A stretch of DNA of 64,000 nt from Gammaproteobacteria bacterium (GTDB taxonomy: Bacteria > Pseudomonadota > Gammaproteobacteria > Ga0077536): positions 224,001 through 288,000 of the forward strand of contig CAXXLL010000003.1 of the NCBI GenBank assembly GCA_963662545.2. The letters run 5' to 3'. This document shows positions 40,536-50,098 of the stretch, one piece after another. Each line of letters opens with the position of its first letter. Within the stretch, counting starts at the first letter, position 1. Position numbers and translations under genes: made by a program. The notes below the pieces were generated by a model. That model was not told the DNA's origin and searched no databases. It worked only from the letters and a program-made list of their open reading frames with translations.

Positions 40536-41517
40536 ATGCCACAAGTCGGACCTCAAGCAGTACTGGTAGTAGAGGACACGCTCGACGATCTAATGCGCGA
40601 GGTAATGTGTCGAATACTTGATAACGGAGCGCAAATTTCACCTAGCAGAGGTAAGGCTAAAGAACTTGTTGGTGTCCTTCTCCAGCTACGAGATACCCGG
40701 GCTCGGATAAGTCTTACAGAGACTCGCGGGAAGCCGTTTAGTGCGTTAGGAGAGTTTTGCTGGTACCTCGCGGGCTCGCGAGATGCCGATTTCATTAGCT
40801 ATTACGTACCCAAGTATCGAGGTATCAAGAGGATGGACAAATATATGGAGCATATGGTCCGAGACTGTTCGATTGGAAGGATACCAATCAACTGAACAAC
40901 GTAATTCAGTGCCTTAGAACTAGCCCTGATACTCGACGAGCTGTTATACAGCTATACGATGCCGTAGATATTGTCCAGTCGCACAAGGATGTTCCTTGCA
41001 TGTTCCTTGCACGTGCACGATCCAATTTTTGGTACGTGACGGATTGCTCAACGTTTTCACAACGATGCGATCTAATGATGCATATCTCGGGCTGCCGCAC
41101 GACATTTTCTGCTTCACAATGCTACAAGAGGTTGTCGCCAATACGTTGTCGCTTCCTGTGGGGATGTACATGCATGCAGTTGGAAGTCTTCATCTATATG
41201 ACGAACATTCGCCCAACGTCTACAAGTATCTCAACGAAGGATGGCAAAGTAGTTGCCCTATGCCCCCAATGCCCAGCGAGGATCCTTGGGAGGCTTTAAA
41301 AGCACTAAAAGTTTTCGAAGAACAGTTACGGAAAAGTGATTCTGTTGACGGTATGCGAGTTCCGGACATTGCGGAATATTGGAAAGACCTAATGAGGCTA
41401 TTGCTCATATTTAGACTGAAAAATGATGGCAACATTAAGGCGATTCGAGACGAAAGAGACCGGATGTACAGCAACGTTCTTCAGATACACGTTGATAAGC
41501 TCGTGTTAGAGGTCTAG
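40536..41517 (+). pseudogene. Thymidylate-synthase-fold enzyme (dCMP/CMP hydroxymethylase-like), split over three frames
   Basis: EFCWYLAG / YGAYGPRL...DTRRAVI...DVPC / MRSNDAYLGLPHD...GSLHLY. Frameshift near 40820 and an 11-bp tandem duplication at 40989-41010. Confidence 0.88.
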
Positions 41518-41571
41518 CGATTAACAATGTCTTAGTGCCGGTAGGAATCATCAGACGGGTGAATTTGAAGC

Positions 41572-42372
41572 ATGCACGACGCAATTGCGATTTTATTGGA
41601 TCGACTAGAGCGTAAACCAGAGCTATCTACGGGCGTCATTGGGTGGGGTAGCCCTGTACCTTCGTTCGGTGACCTAAGTCGTTCTTTTGTGGCGACGCTA
41701 GGGATCAATCCTAGCAACCGCGAATTTGTCGATAATTCAGGCGAAGAACTGACTGGAACTGGGCGTCGCTTCCATACTCTTCAATCGCTTGGTATTGATT
41801 CGTGGAAGGAAGCAAATGCGCGGCACATCCAATTAATAGTCAACTCTTGCCGAGCATATTTCGAAGGGAATCCTTACGATTTGTGGTTCAAGCGCCTAAA
41901 CAATGTTATCGCTGGATCCGGAGCTTCTTACTACGACCAATTTACGCCAGCATGTCACCTGGATCTGGTTCCATATGCAACTATCGAAAAATGGAGCGCA
42001 CTTGAGAAATCTCATAAAACAAAATTGATTGAGGAGAGCTGCGACATACTCGGAAGACTTTTGCGTGACTCTCGCGTTGAACTGTTAATTTTGAATGGTC
42101 GTTCCGTTGTCGACAGTTTTGAAATGCTTATGGAAGCGAAACTCGAACGGAGCGAAATGCCAGAATGGTCGTTGCCAAGGAGTTCAGGCAATCTGGTAAC
42201 TGGGATTGCGTATTCGGGGGCCATAAGCTGTATTGCTGGATTCGATTTGTGTCGTGACATCCAGGTAGTAGGATTCAATCACAATATTCAAAGTAGCTAC
42301 GGTGTGACGACGGAAGTGTGCGATTCGATTAAGAACTGGATCGCTAATGAAACAGCTTGGCGATCGTGGTGA
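41572..42372 (+). CDS. Hypothetical protein, probable uracil-DNA-glycosylase-like fold
   Basis: PVPSFGD, TLGINPS (UDG motif-A-like), HLDLVPYAT, ILNGR, FNHNIQS (motif-B-like). The fold is inferred. Confidence 0.55.
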   Translation: MHDAIAILLDRLERKPELSTGVIGWGSPVPSFGDLSRSFVATLGINPSNREFVDNSGEELTGTGRRFHTLQSLGIDSWKEANARHIQLIVNSCRAYFEGNPYDLWFKRLNNVIAGSGASYYDQFTPACHLDLVPYATIEKWSALEKSHKTKLIEESCDILGRLLRDSRVELLILNGRSVVDSFEMLMEAKLERSEMPEWSLPRSSGNLVTGIAYSGAISCIAGFDLCRDIQVVGFNHNIQSSYGVTTEVCDSIKNWIANETAWRSW

Positions 42373-43307
42373 GGCCAAAAGATAAAGAATTGGCAGAAGA
42401 ACTTGGGACAGCGCTTGAGTCGTTTGTGACGAATGTCCATCCGCTGCCCGGAATCTCCGCTGCTGATTCGAAGCAGGCTCTGATCGCGCAAATGCTAGAG
42501 AGCTTGCATCGAATAAATTACGTACCAGTTATTTTGAAGCGGGAAATTTCCGAGAAACGGGCGAATCCGGGAAGTGAACTGTTCGATCCGCTAAAGGCTG
42601 CCATTCTCAAAATCCGAACTGGAGATATCGAAGAGGCGTTTTGGCTTACATTTCTGTATGTGCATTTTGGTAAGAACCCCAAAGGCGGATGGAGATATGT
42701 TCGAGAGATCTACGGGGGGCGAAGTGATCGGGTAGTCTGGAATTGGAGCGCTGTAAGCGCGGATTGCGCGGCCTTCAGAACTTGGTTGGATGGGAATCGA
42801 GCATTCTTAGAACGGAAGAACCCTCCGGGTGGCTTTGGCAATCATCGAAAATACGAAAACTTAGATGCAATGGGAGATAATGCTTCCGGTGCCGCAATAG
42901 CAAGCTATGTTAATTGGGTAGCCCCACCGCGGTCGCATCAGCAAATGGTCGCACATGCGGTAGCCCATACGTCGGGAAACAAATTCAATGTATTCGATTA
43001 CCTTTTCCGCTCAATGGAAGCGGTAAGGCGGTTTGGTAGGACCGCTAAGTTCGATTATCTGGCTATGCTCGGGAAGCTCGAGTTAGCTCCTATTGCTCCA
43101 GGATCGGCGTATATGACTGGGGCGACGGGTCCACTATTTGGCGCTCGGCTTTTGTTCCATGGAGGCCGAAACGCAGGTTCTGTCCGCGAACTTGATACGT
43201 TGCTCCTGCGTCTTGATGAATATCTTAAGGTTGGGATGCAGGTAATCGAAGATTCGTTGTGTAACTGGCAGAAGAGCCCGCGTGTGTTTAAAGCCTTCAG
43301 AGGTTAA
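42369..43307 (+). CDS. Alpha-glutamyl/putrescinyl thymine pyrophosphorylase clade-3-like (HhH-glycosylase-fold) protein
   Basis: FDPLKAA, EAFWL.FL..HFG, FGNHRKYE, RFGRTAKFDYL, ATGPL.GARLL, EDSLCNWQKSP. GTGA overlap with the upstream stop. Confidence 0.8.
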   Translation: MRPKDKELAEELGTALESFVTNVHPLPGISAADSKQALIAQMLESLHRINYVPVILKREISEKRANPGSELFDPLKAAILKIRTGDIEEAFWLTFLYVHFGKNPKGGWRYVREIYGGRSDRVVWNWSAVSADCAAFRTWLDGNRAFLERKNPPGGFGNHRKYENLDAMGDNASGAAIASYVNWVAPPRSHQQMVAHAVAHTSGNKFNVFDYLFRSMEAVRRFGRTAKFDYLAMLGKLELAPIAPGSAYMTGATGPLFGARLLFHGGRNAGSVRELDTLLLRLDEYLKVGMQVIEDSLCNWQKSPRVFKAFRG

Positions 43308-43318
43308 CGACCTCTAAC

Positions 43319-44408
43319 TTATGACCAAGCGTATCGGCGTTTAAGTTTATTAAGCTGATCTCTTCTGATTTTTCCCTTGTGTTGGAGTTGTCCAACTACG
43401 ATGCCGGGTGCAATTCCAATACGGATGGAAAAGCGGAGAACTGCTTCGGTATTCGCGCTCAACCTATTGAACTCGTCTCTAGCGTCATCGGGAATCAATA
43501 CGCTTTCGGCGAAAGAGTTTGCTTCGCGTTCTTGGGCCTCGTCGGGTTCCTCACCGTACTCGATAACCGGAGACTTCGTCTTATGCAAAATCAAATGGCC
43601 GGCTTCGTGAAAAAAAGAAAACCAAAAATGATCATCGGATCGGTACCGAAAGCTAAGTAGCAACATCGCTTTCGAATCATTCAGGAACTGTGTGGCACCA
43701 CTAGCGCGGCATCCAGTCGGTTCACGAACAACAACAATCGCAACACCAGCTGCCGCGCAAAGGTCTCGAAGACTCGGTAGAAACTTATCTGGGTCCTTAA
43801 CTTTTGTTAGCTTGCGCGCTGCGTGAAGTTGTTGTGAGTTGTGAGAAAACTTCTGCGTCCCAATTGGCACACTGAATTTCTTCCGCATCAATCTGTCCTT
43901 TTCGGAGCCAAGCTGCGACCGCTTCAGGTGTGGACTCAAACGTTTTTGATGTTCGAAAATTCGTGCTGTTTATTACGTCGCTGTATGTCGCATGCCAGCT
44001 CGGCACATCATGAACATTAAAAAATTTTAAGCAGGCAGATAGCTCTTCAGATGGGAGTGGAGTTCGATCTAACCACTTGTATTGGATCATGTCGTTCAAC
44101 GGAAGGCGTCGAATCCAGTCTCTAGCGCCGCCGTCGATACGTGCGGAAGCTTCTCTGTATTGGTAGTCCCTGGACATCCAAAATTCAACGGGTGCTCCTA
44201 AACAGTCTGAAATCGTGCGTGCCGTATCAAGGGAGATTGTTTCGCGACCTTCTAGGAGGCCGGAAACATAATCCGACGGGAGCCCCGACTGAGCAGAAAA
44301 TTCTTCTGCTGATTGATTGCGTCCGTTTAGAATGTCCTGGATTGTTGCGCCGGGAGGGCAAACCCAGTTTGGCGCAAAATCTTGGTCGCTAGGCTTCAAC
44401 GATGTCAA
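43319..44408 (-). pseudogene. HigA-like HTH antitoxin fused to ImmA/IrrE metallopeptidase, frameshifted
   Basis: PPGATI...FWM HTH; FWFSFFHEAGH (HExxH); EREANSFA. A 7-bp tandem duplication at 43832-43845 shifts the frame. Confidence 0.85.
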
Positions 44409-44712
44409 TCTCCATTATCATGATACGACTAACTCGTTTCCAGTCTACATTACCAGACACGTCAATGGGATTATTTGGGTGATTTGCGCGGAATTTTAGA
44501 GTTCCGTTTGGTGGGAGGGTAATTCTCCGAGCGCCATCCGCATCAATAAGCGTCGATAATCCTACGACGATATCGTTGATTGATGATGCTGCGCGGAGAT
44601 CGGCTAACCGATTAACAAGCTGCTGCCCGATTTCGTTGCCCAACTGATCGGCGGAAACTCGCTCGTCCTCGCACACTGTGCGCAGATCCCTTGTCAGGAA
44701 CGAAATAATCAT
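44389..44712 (-). CDS. HigB/RelE-like toxin (killer-protein family)
   Basis: ISFLTRDLRTVCE...RLADLRAA...DWKRVSRIMIMEI; toxin-first arrangement overlapping the HigA-ImmA start. Confidence 0.75.
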   Translation of the reverse strand: MIISFLTRDLRTVCEDERVSADQLGNEIGQQLVNRLADLRAASSINDIVVGLSTLIDADGARRITLPPNGTLKFRANHPNNPIDVSGNVDWKRVSRIMIMEIDIVEA

Positions 44713-44803
44713 AGTCAGAAGTACTGATAGCTAGTATCGCTGTGTCTAAGTAACAGGGCATCGTGACACTGGCATAGGGTATGCTGTGCCCCCCCCGATA
44801 AAG

Positions 44804-45118
44804 TGTCTGACGTCAGCGCCTTTGGGACAAATTGAGGTAATTGCATAACGGAGGATTTCTGGCTCATCGTAGTAACCGAAGGGAACGAAGATGAGACAGA
44901 AATCGATGGATACAAGAGGCAGCGCCGAACAGACGGTTCGGGATATCCGGCGCAAGACGCGCAAGCAGTATTCGGCTGAGGAGAAGATCCGGATTGTCCT
45001 GGCAGGTGTGCGTGGCGAGGACCGCATTGCCGAGCTATGCCGCCGGGCGGGGATCGCCGAGAGTTTTTACTACAGCGGGTCGAAGGCGTTCCTGGAAGTC
45101 GGCAAGAAACGGCTGGCC
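44804..45118 (+). mobile_element. IS3-family left end and truncated orfA
   Basis: Terminus TGTCTGACGTCAGCGCCTTTGGGAC; orfA from 44891 (DIRRKTRKQYSAEEKIRIVL...IAELCRR). Confidence 0.85.
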
Positions 45119-45140
45119 GACTTTTACGCGGCTGTTGACA
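45113..45140. mobile_element. Orphan IS21-like terminal inverted repeat
   Basis: CTGGCCGACTTTTACGCGGCTGTTGACA resembles IS21-family ends (TGTCAAC...GTAAAA). A similar degenerate end finishes at 54161. Confidence 0.5.
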
Positions 45141-45142
45141 GG

Positions 45143-46585
45143 TCAACGAATCACGCTCCAAAACGAGCTCTTCCTTCCATGCTCGCGGCGTAGCCTGGCT
45201 TCATAAGCGTCGTGTGGTTCGTATACCCCGAAATCCTCGATCGCCGATGCCAGACTCGAACACGCCATGAGATGTCGTGCGGCGTGCTTGTATCGACTGG
45301 AGCGGCGGTGTGTCAGCGCGAAGTCGATCATGGAGCGAAACACCAGCGTCGCGGCCAGCGGATACTTGCCGGCCATCGCGTCGGCCGCCGGGGTCAGTAG
45401 CTCATAGTGATTGCCGTCCAGAGCCGCCGCGCTCCGAATAGTGAGCGCGGATGCTCTGTCCAGGGCAGGCCACAACACCAGGAATGACAACGCCCGGAGC
45501 GGGTTCTCGTAGCTCTGCGCATAATCGAGCGCCCGCTCCTCGGCTTCAAAGTCGTCAAAGTCGGGCAGCCGCCTCAGATAGGCACGTAGATGCGGGATCG
45601 ACAACGCTCGCTCGAAGCACGACCAGCGATCCGCCTGGGCCTCGTCGCCGCGGCCGAGTGCATCGAGCACCTCGATCCGTGCGTCCTCCCACGCGAAGTC
45701 CGGCCAGTCCCAGGCATCGTCCCTGTGCTCGGTAGTGTCGAGCGTCTGCAATGCCTCTTCAGCCCTGTCCGCCGCAAGCAACCGCCGGGCGATCTGCGCG
45801 GCAATATTCGGTATTTTTCTCGTTTGCCCGTCATATTGGGCGATGAATGCATCAACATCACCCTGGGCATCCGCAATCTTGGTCAATGCCTGGCGTACCG
45901 TGCTGGCCCGGGACCGTTCGGCCGGTGCGTCGACGTGGTCCGGGCTCCCCGATCCGTGGGTGGCCGTACACCGCTCCCCATCGGACGACTTGCGAACGGA
46001 TTCTTTAGACAGCGTGATCATGCGCTGCTTCAGATGCTCCAGGCCTGCCTGCCCCAGGGCCGGTGCCAGAACCTGGAGCAGGGAGTCGTACTGACCATAG
46101 CCGTTGTCGATCAGCGCTTGGAACGCGTCGTCGGCAAGCCTTTTCGGAGCGGGCCTTGCGGCTTTCGCAATCTCGCCGAGGTCGTTGGCGGCGTGGTCGA
46201 AGATACCGATCACGGTGCCACTACTGTCATCGCAGCGCTCGAATATTGAGCCGGCCAACGCCATGAAACGCCACATCAGGTCGAGTCCCTCGACCGGATC
46301 GTCCTTGGCCACCTTGTCAACGATGGCGCGGCGTTGCATATCCAGATCGTCGACCAAGGTCCGCCGGTTCCGCCAGTCGACGAACGAGCGCGACCTTGCA
46401 ATCGTCGCCAGCCGTTTGCGGATTTCTCGCGCAACTGCGGCGGGGCTTTCCTCACTGGCGAGCTCCAGCCGGAGACGGCGTTTGGCGGTAGTGTTGCCGG
46501 TGCTGATCTCGATCAACAGCTCGGCAAGCCGCTGGGCGCCCAGCGCCTCGAGGTTCTTTGCGTTCAGTGTCTTCTTTGAAGACCT
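45143..46585 (-). CDS. DUF6880-like all-helical protein (start codon apparently AGG instead of ATG)
   Basis: SSKKTLNAKNLEALGAQRLAELL..., RCDDSSG, LPDFDD, HGRKSSFW. Confidence 0.7.
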   Translation of the reverse strand, partial: RSSKKTLNAKNLEALGAQRLAELLIEISTGNTTAKRRLRLELASEESPAAVAREIRKRLATIARSRSFVDWRNRRTLVDDLDMQRRAIVDKVAKDDPVEGLDLMWRFMALAGSIFERCDDSSGTVIGIFDHAANDLGEIAKAARPAPKRLADDAFQALIDNGYGQYDSLLQVLAPALGQAGLEHLKQRMITLSKESVRKSSDGERCTATHGSGSPDHVDAPAERSRASTVRQALTKIADAQGDVDAFIAQYDGQTRKIPNIAAQIARRLLAADRAEEALQTLDTTEHRDDAWDWPDFAWEDARIEVLDALGRGDEAQADRWSCFERALSIPHLRAYLRRLPDFDDFEAEERALDYAQSYENPLRALSFLVLWPALDRASALTIRSAAALDGNHYELLTPAADAMAGKYPLAATLVFRSMIDFALTHRRSSRYKHAARHLMACSSLASAIEDFGVYEPHDAYEARLRREHGRKSSFWSVIR

Positions 46586-46965
46586 CAGCTAAGCCGCCCC
46601 GTCCCTGTCCGCCCGATCGTATTCTTTGGCCGCCTGTTGCGCACTGCCAGGATCTGTTCCGGCCGGTTGAGTACTCAAGGTTCTCATGTCACTGATCGGG
46701 TCTGGGTAGGTTATTCGGATAGGATGACGCATCGCGCCGGAGCTTCAATATACGCGCGCGTCGTTGTTGGTAGGGATTTCCATCGACCAACGCCACCCTC
46801 TGTTCTCGACGAGCACCACGAACTCGACCATCTCCATCGCCTGCGCGCGTTCAATCCGTTCGACTTCGGCACCTTTGACGGTGAAGGGCATTGTCAGACT
46901 AACTGGGTCGGACCAGTAGAACCAACAGTTTTTGAAAAGAGATCGGGTCGCCGCGGTCGCGTTTG

Positions 46966-47613
46966 CTAAAAGGTGACCTGAACGCCTGCCGTCAAGATGA
47001 AGTCGGTTTCCATTTGCGGGCCATTGAGATCCTGCAGGAGCGGAAATCCCGCTTCTATCGCGATGCGCTTTCCACGCTGTCCAACCAGGTTGACGCCAAA
47101 CAATAGATTGACCATATCGCCGCCGTAGTTGTCCGGGTCCGCTGTTTGCACCGGCGCTGCGATGCGTGGATCAATCCCCTTGATCCTGCCCAGAGATTGG
47201 TACTTCACACGCATCGACGCACTGATGAAGGGTTGCGGTTGGTAGCTCAACCATCCGGTGATCTGGTGCTTGTGACCCCAGCGATAGCCGTTATCACGTT
47301 CGGTACGAATGTCGCCGGCACATTGCCCGCCTCAGCCGAATTGTTGGTGCCCGCCGACGTACGTGATGCCGGAAAGGACATCCACGGTACCGCTGCCAAT
47401 CTGCATGGCGTACGGCAGACGCGGCGAGGGCGTACCACCCATCGACGTGAGAATGGCGTCGGTTTCATCCGTCGATCCGGTCGGCATACTGATCCCGATT
47501 GCGGCATGCGCGCGATGCTTGCCGGTATCGAACAATTTGATGAGCCCGGTGAACTTCGAGTCGCCGATACCGGAAGATTCCGTTGTAAACCCGCCGAGCA
47601 TCGTCGTGCCCAT
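46966..47613 (-). pseudogene. Outer-membrane beta-barrel ('transporter') gene fragment
   Basis: SGIGD, SMPTGS, PYAMQIGSGT, QDLNGPQM, C-terminal Phe. Internal stops; 5' end cut by an IS3 end. Confidence 0.65.
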
Positions 47614-47616
47614 GCC

Positions 47617-48020
47617 TGTCCGTCATCAAAACAAATGGGACTGTTGAGCGTGTTTCATAAGGGAGGATCTGGCTCATCTTTGTTTGATGTTAAGCCGCTT
47701 GGCTTTGATGGTTCAAGCGGCGGTTTTGGGTGGTCAGTTTTTTGATCTTTTTTCTCTTTTCGATGATGGCGGTGTGGCGTCCAAAGTAGGCGTCAGCTGG
47801 AGTTACGTTGCCGATGCTCTGGTGGTAGCGTTGGGTGTTGTAGTGATCGACGAAGGCGCTGATCTGGTTTTCGAGAGCGCCGGGTAGATAATAATTTTCA
47901 AGCAGGATGCGGTTCTTCAGCGTTTGATGCCAGCGCTCGATCTTGCCCTGGGTTTGCGGGTGATACGGTGCGCCCCGAACGTGATCCATACCGTGGTCCT
48001 CGATCCATTCAGCCACATCG
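47617..48020 (-). mobile_element. IS3-family right end with transposase C-terminal fragment
   Basis: PYHPQTQGKIERWHQTLK; terminus TGTCCGTCATCAAAACAAATGGGAC; truncated next to IS6. Confidence 0.85.
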
Positions 48021-48026
48021 CTGGAG

Positions 48027-48824
48027 GGTTCTGTCAGGTTGGCGCCGGATCGCGGACAATTAACGCATGACAGAAGCTCCTAATTATCGCGGATATCGAT
48101 TTCCGCCTGAAATCATCGCGCGGTCGGTGTGGTTGTACCCTCGTTTTACGCTCAGCTTTCGCGATATCGAAGACCTTTTAGCCGAGCGCGGCGTGACGGT
48201 TTCGTATGAAACTATCCGCCAGTGGTGTCTGCCGTTTGGACCCGATTACGCTCGCCGAATTAGGAAACATCAGGGGCCTTGCGGCGACTGTTGGTTTCTC
48301 GATGAGGTCGTCGTCTCAATTCAAGGAAAGCGTCGTTACCTTTGGCGAGCCGTGGACCAAGACGGCGATCTGATTGAGATCCTCGTACAAAAACGCAAGG
48401 ATACTAAAGCCGCTAAGCGCTTCTTTCGAAAGGCGCTACGCTCACAAACAGCCGTTCCTATCGAGATAACAACCCATAAGCTCCGTAGTTACGCCTCAGC
48501 CAAACGCGAGGTAATGCCGTCCGTGCCACACTGCCAAGATCACTATGCGAATAACCGCGCGGAAGTTTCACACGAGCCGACGCGGGAACAAGAAAGGCAG
48601 ATGCGCGGGTTTCGATCGGACGGACACGCGCAGCGCTTTCTAAGCGTCCACGGTCAAGTCAACAATCTGTTTCGCCTCGGTCGTCATCTCCTCAGAGCGA
48701 AGAACTATCGTGAACTACGCTCCAGGGCATTTCTCACTTGGTCGGAGGTGACATGCGCCTGCTGATTGACGATGATTCTACTTGCTCGAAAGATCGGGCC
48801 TGCGCGCAACAACCTGACAAAACC
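48027..48824 (+). mobile_element. IS6-family element (transposase 48067-48765)
   Basis: IRs GGTTCTGTCAGGTT / AACCTGACAAAACC; RFPPEII, WFLDE, YLWRAVDQDG, NNRAE. The second DDE Asp appears to be His (ITTHK). Confidence 0.93.
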
Positions 48825-49023
48825 ACTCCTATATGTACCTTTACACACTAACCCGCACATCCGATGGGGTTCCTTCCGAATTAGCCCACGCACCACGCTA
48901 CGTCACCCTTGTATGAAAATCTAAAGGAACGGTGTTTAACCCGGATAGTAGGGGTAGTAAGCTTTAGGCCAACGAGGTGCCTCAATCTGTCACAAAGTGA
49001 CGGACGAAATAAGGGATCGGAAA

Positions 49024-49719
49024 ATGAAAGTCAGCGCAAAATCTTTGTCCGCAATCCTAATTTTGTTTGCCCTATTTCCCACACCACACGCTGCTGATGA
49101 AGGGTTTTCTACGGACGAGAATTTAAAATGGCTCGGCAATTCAATTGATATAGAAAACAAGGAATTTGTCCCAGGAGAACCAAAGAACGAATTTCAGAAA
49201 GTGATGGGCGAGTTCATGAAAAGTATGATCGAGCAAAACACTAAAACACAGAAAAGCATTGCGCTGATTGGTCCAATCGAGTTCGAGTCAACATCAGATC
49301 TGGCTAACGCCGAGCATATACTGATATTCAGAGAAAATATAACGCAATTCAAAAAAGTCAAAAAATCTCATTACGACACATTGGATATTCTTTTCAAGGA
49401 TGCCAATACCAAAATAGGGAAAACAGATTTAGCAAAAAAACGGCTTGGTGGTAGCGCAGCTTTCTACGAAGAAAAACTGGAATTGTTCTTCCTCTTCGAC
49501 TTAGACAATTATTATAAATTTATCCTCCAAAATCATGACAAGTTCCTTTTCCAAGAAGAGGAAACTATTGTGGCCGACGACAATGTCTTAAAACAATATA
49601 ACGTTTTGAGAGAAAAAATGGTTAGCTCCGCAAACAATATCAATAAGACTCAAGCTCTAAAAAACAATCTGCTCAAAGACAGAATAGATGAACTACAGGA
49701 TTGGGCTAGCGAAAACTAG
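49024..49719 (+). CDS. Hypothetical exported, AT-rich helical protein
   Basis: Signal peptide MKVSAKSLSAILILFALFPTPHA; lies between two IS6 copies. Confidence 0.65.
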   Translation: MKVSAKSLSAILILFALFPTPHAADEGFSTDENLKWLGNSIDIENKEFVPGEPKNEFQKVMGEFMKSMIEQNTKTQKSIALIGPIEFESTSDLANAEHILIFRENITQFKKVKKSHYDTLDILFKDANTKIGKTDLAKKRLGGSAAFYEEKLELFFLFDLDNYYKFILQNHDKFLFQEEETIVADDNVLKQYNVLREKMVSSANNINKTQALKNNLLKDRIDELQDWASEN

Positions 49720-49842
49720 AAACGTTGAAGCAGCAAGGAAAGGGGGTGGGTGTGACAAAGCACATTGGTTCGACAATCGCTCTTGTTTTGGGAATTTTGC
49801 TTGTAGTCGCTGGCCTTAGCCAACTTAACGACAGATTTATAT

Positions 49843-50098
49843 GGTTCTGTCAGGTTGGCGCCGGATCGCGGACAATTAACGCATGACAGAAGCTCCTAAT
49901 TATCGCGGATATCGATTTCCGCCTGAAATCATCGCGCGGTCGGTGTGGTTGTACCCTCGTTTTACGCTCAGCTTTCGCGATATCGAAGACCTTTTAGCCG
50001 AGCGCGGCGTGACGGTTTCGTATGAAACTATCCGCCAGTGGTGTCTGACGTTTGGACCCGATTACGCTCGCCGAATTAGGCAACATCAGGGGCCTTGC
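49843..50098 (+). mobile_element. Truncated second IS6 copy
   Basis: Nearly identical to the sequence from 48027 onwards, then cut by IS256. Confidence 0.9.

Noticed and set aside
40536-41517. Housekeeping thyA
   Set aside because: Island location, Asp in place of the ThyA Asn, RSND motif and the operon partners all argue against it, so no gene symbol was given.
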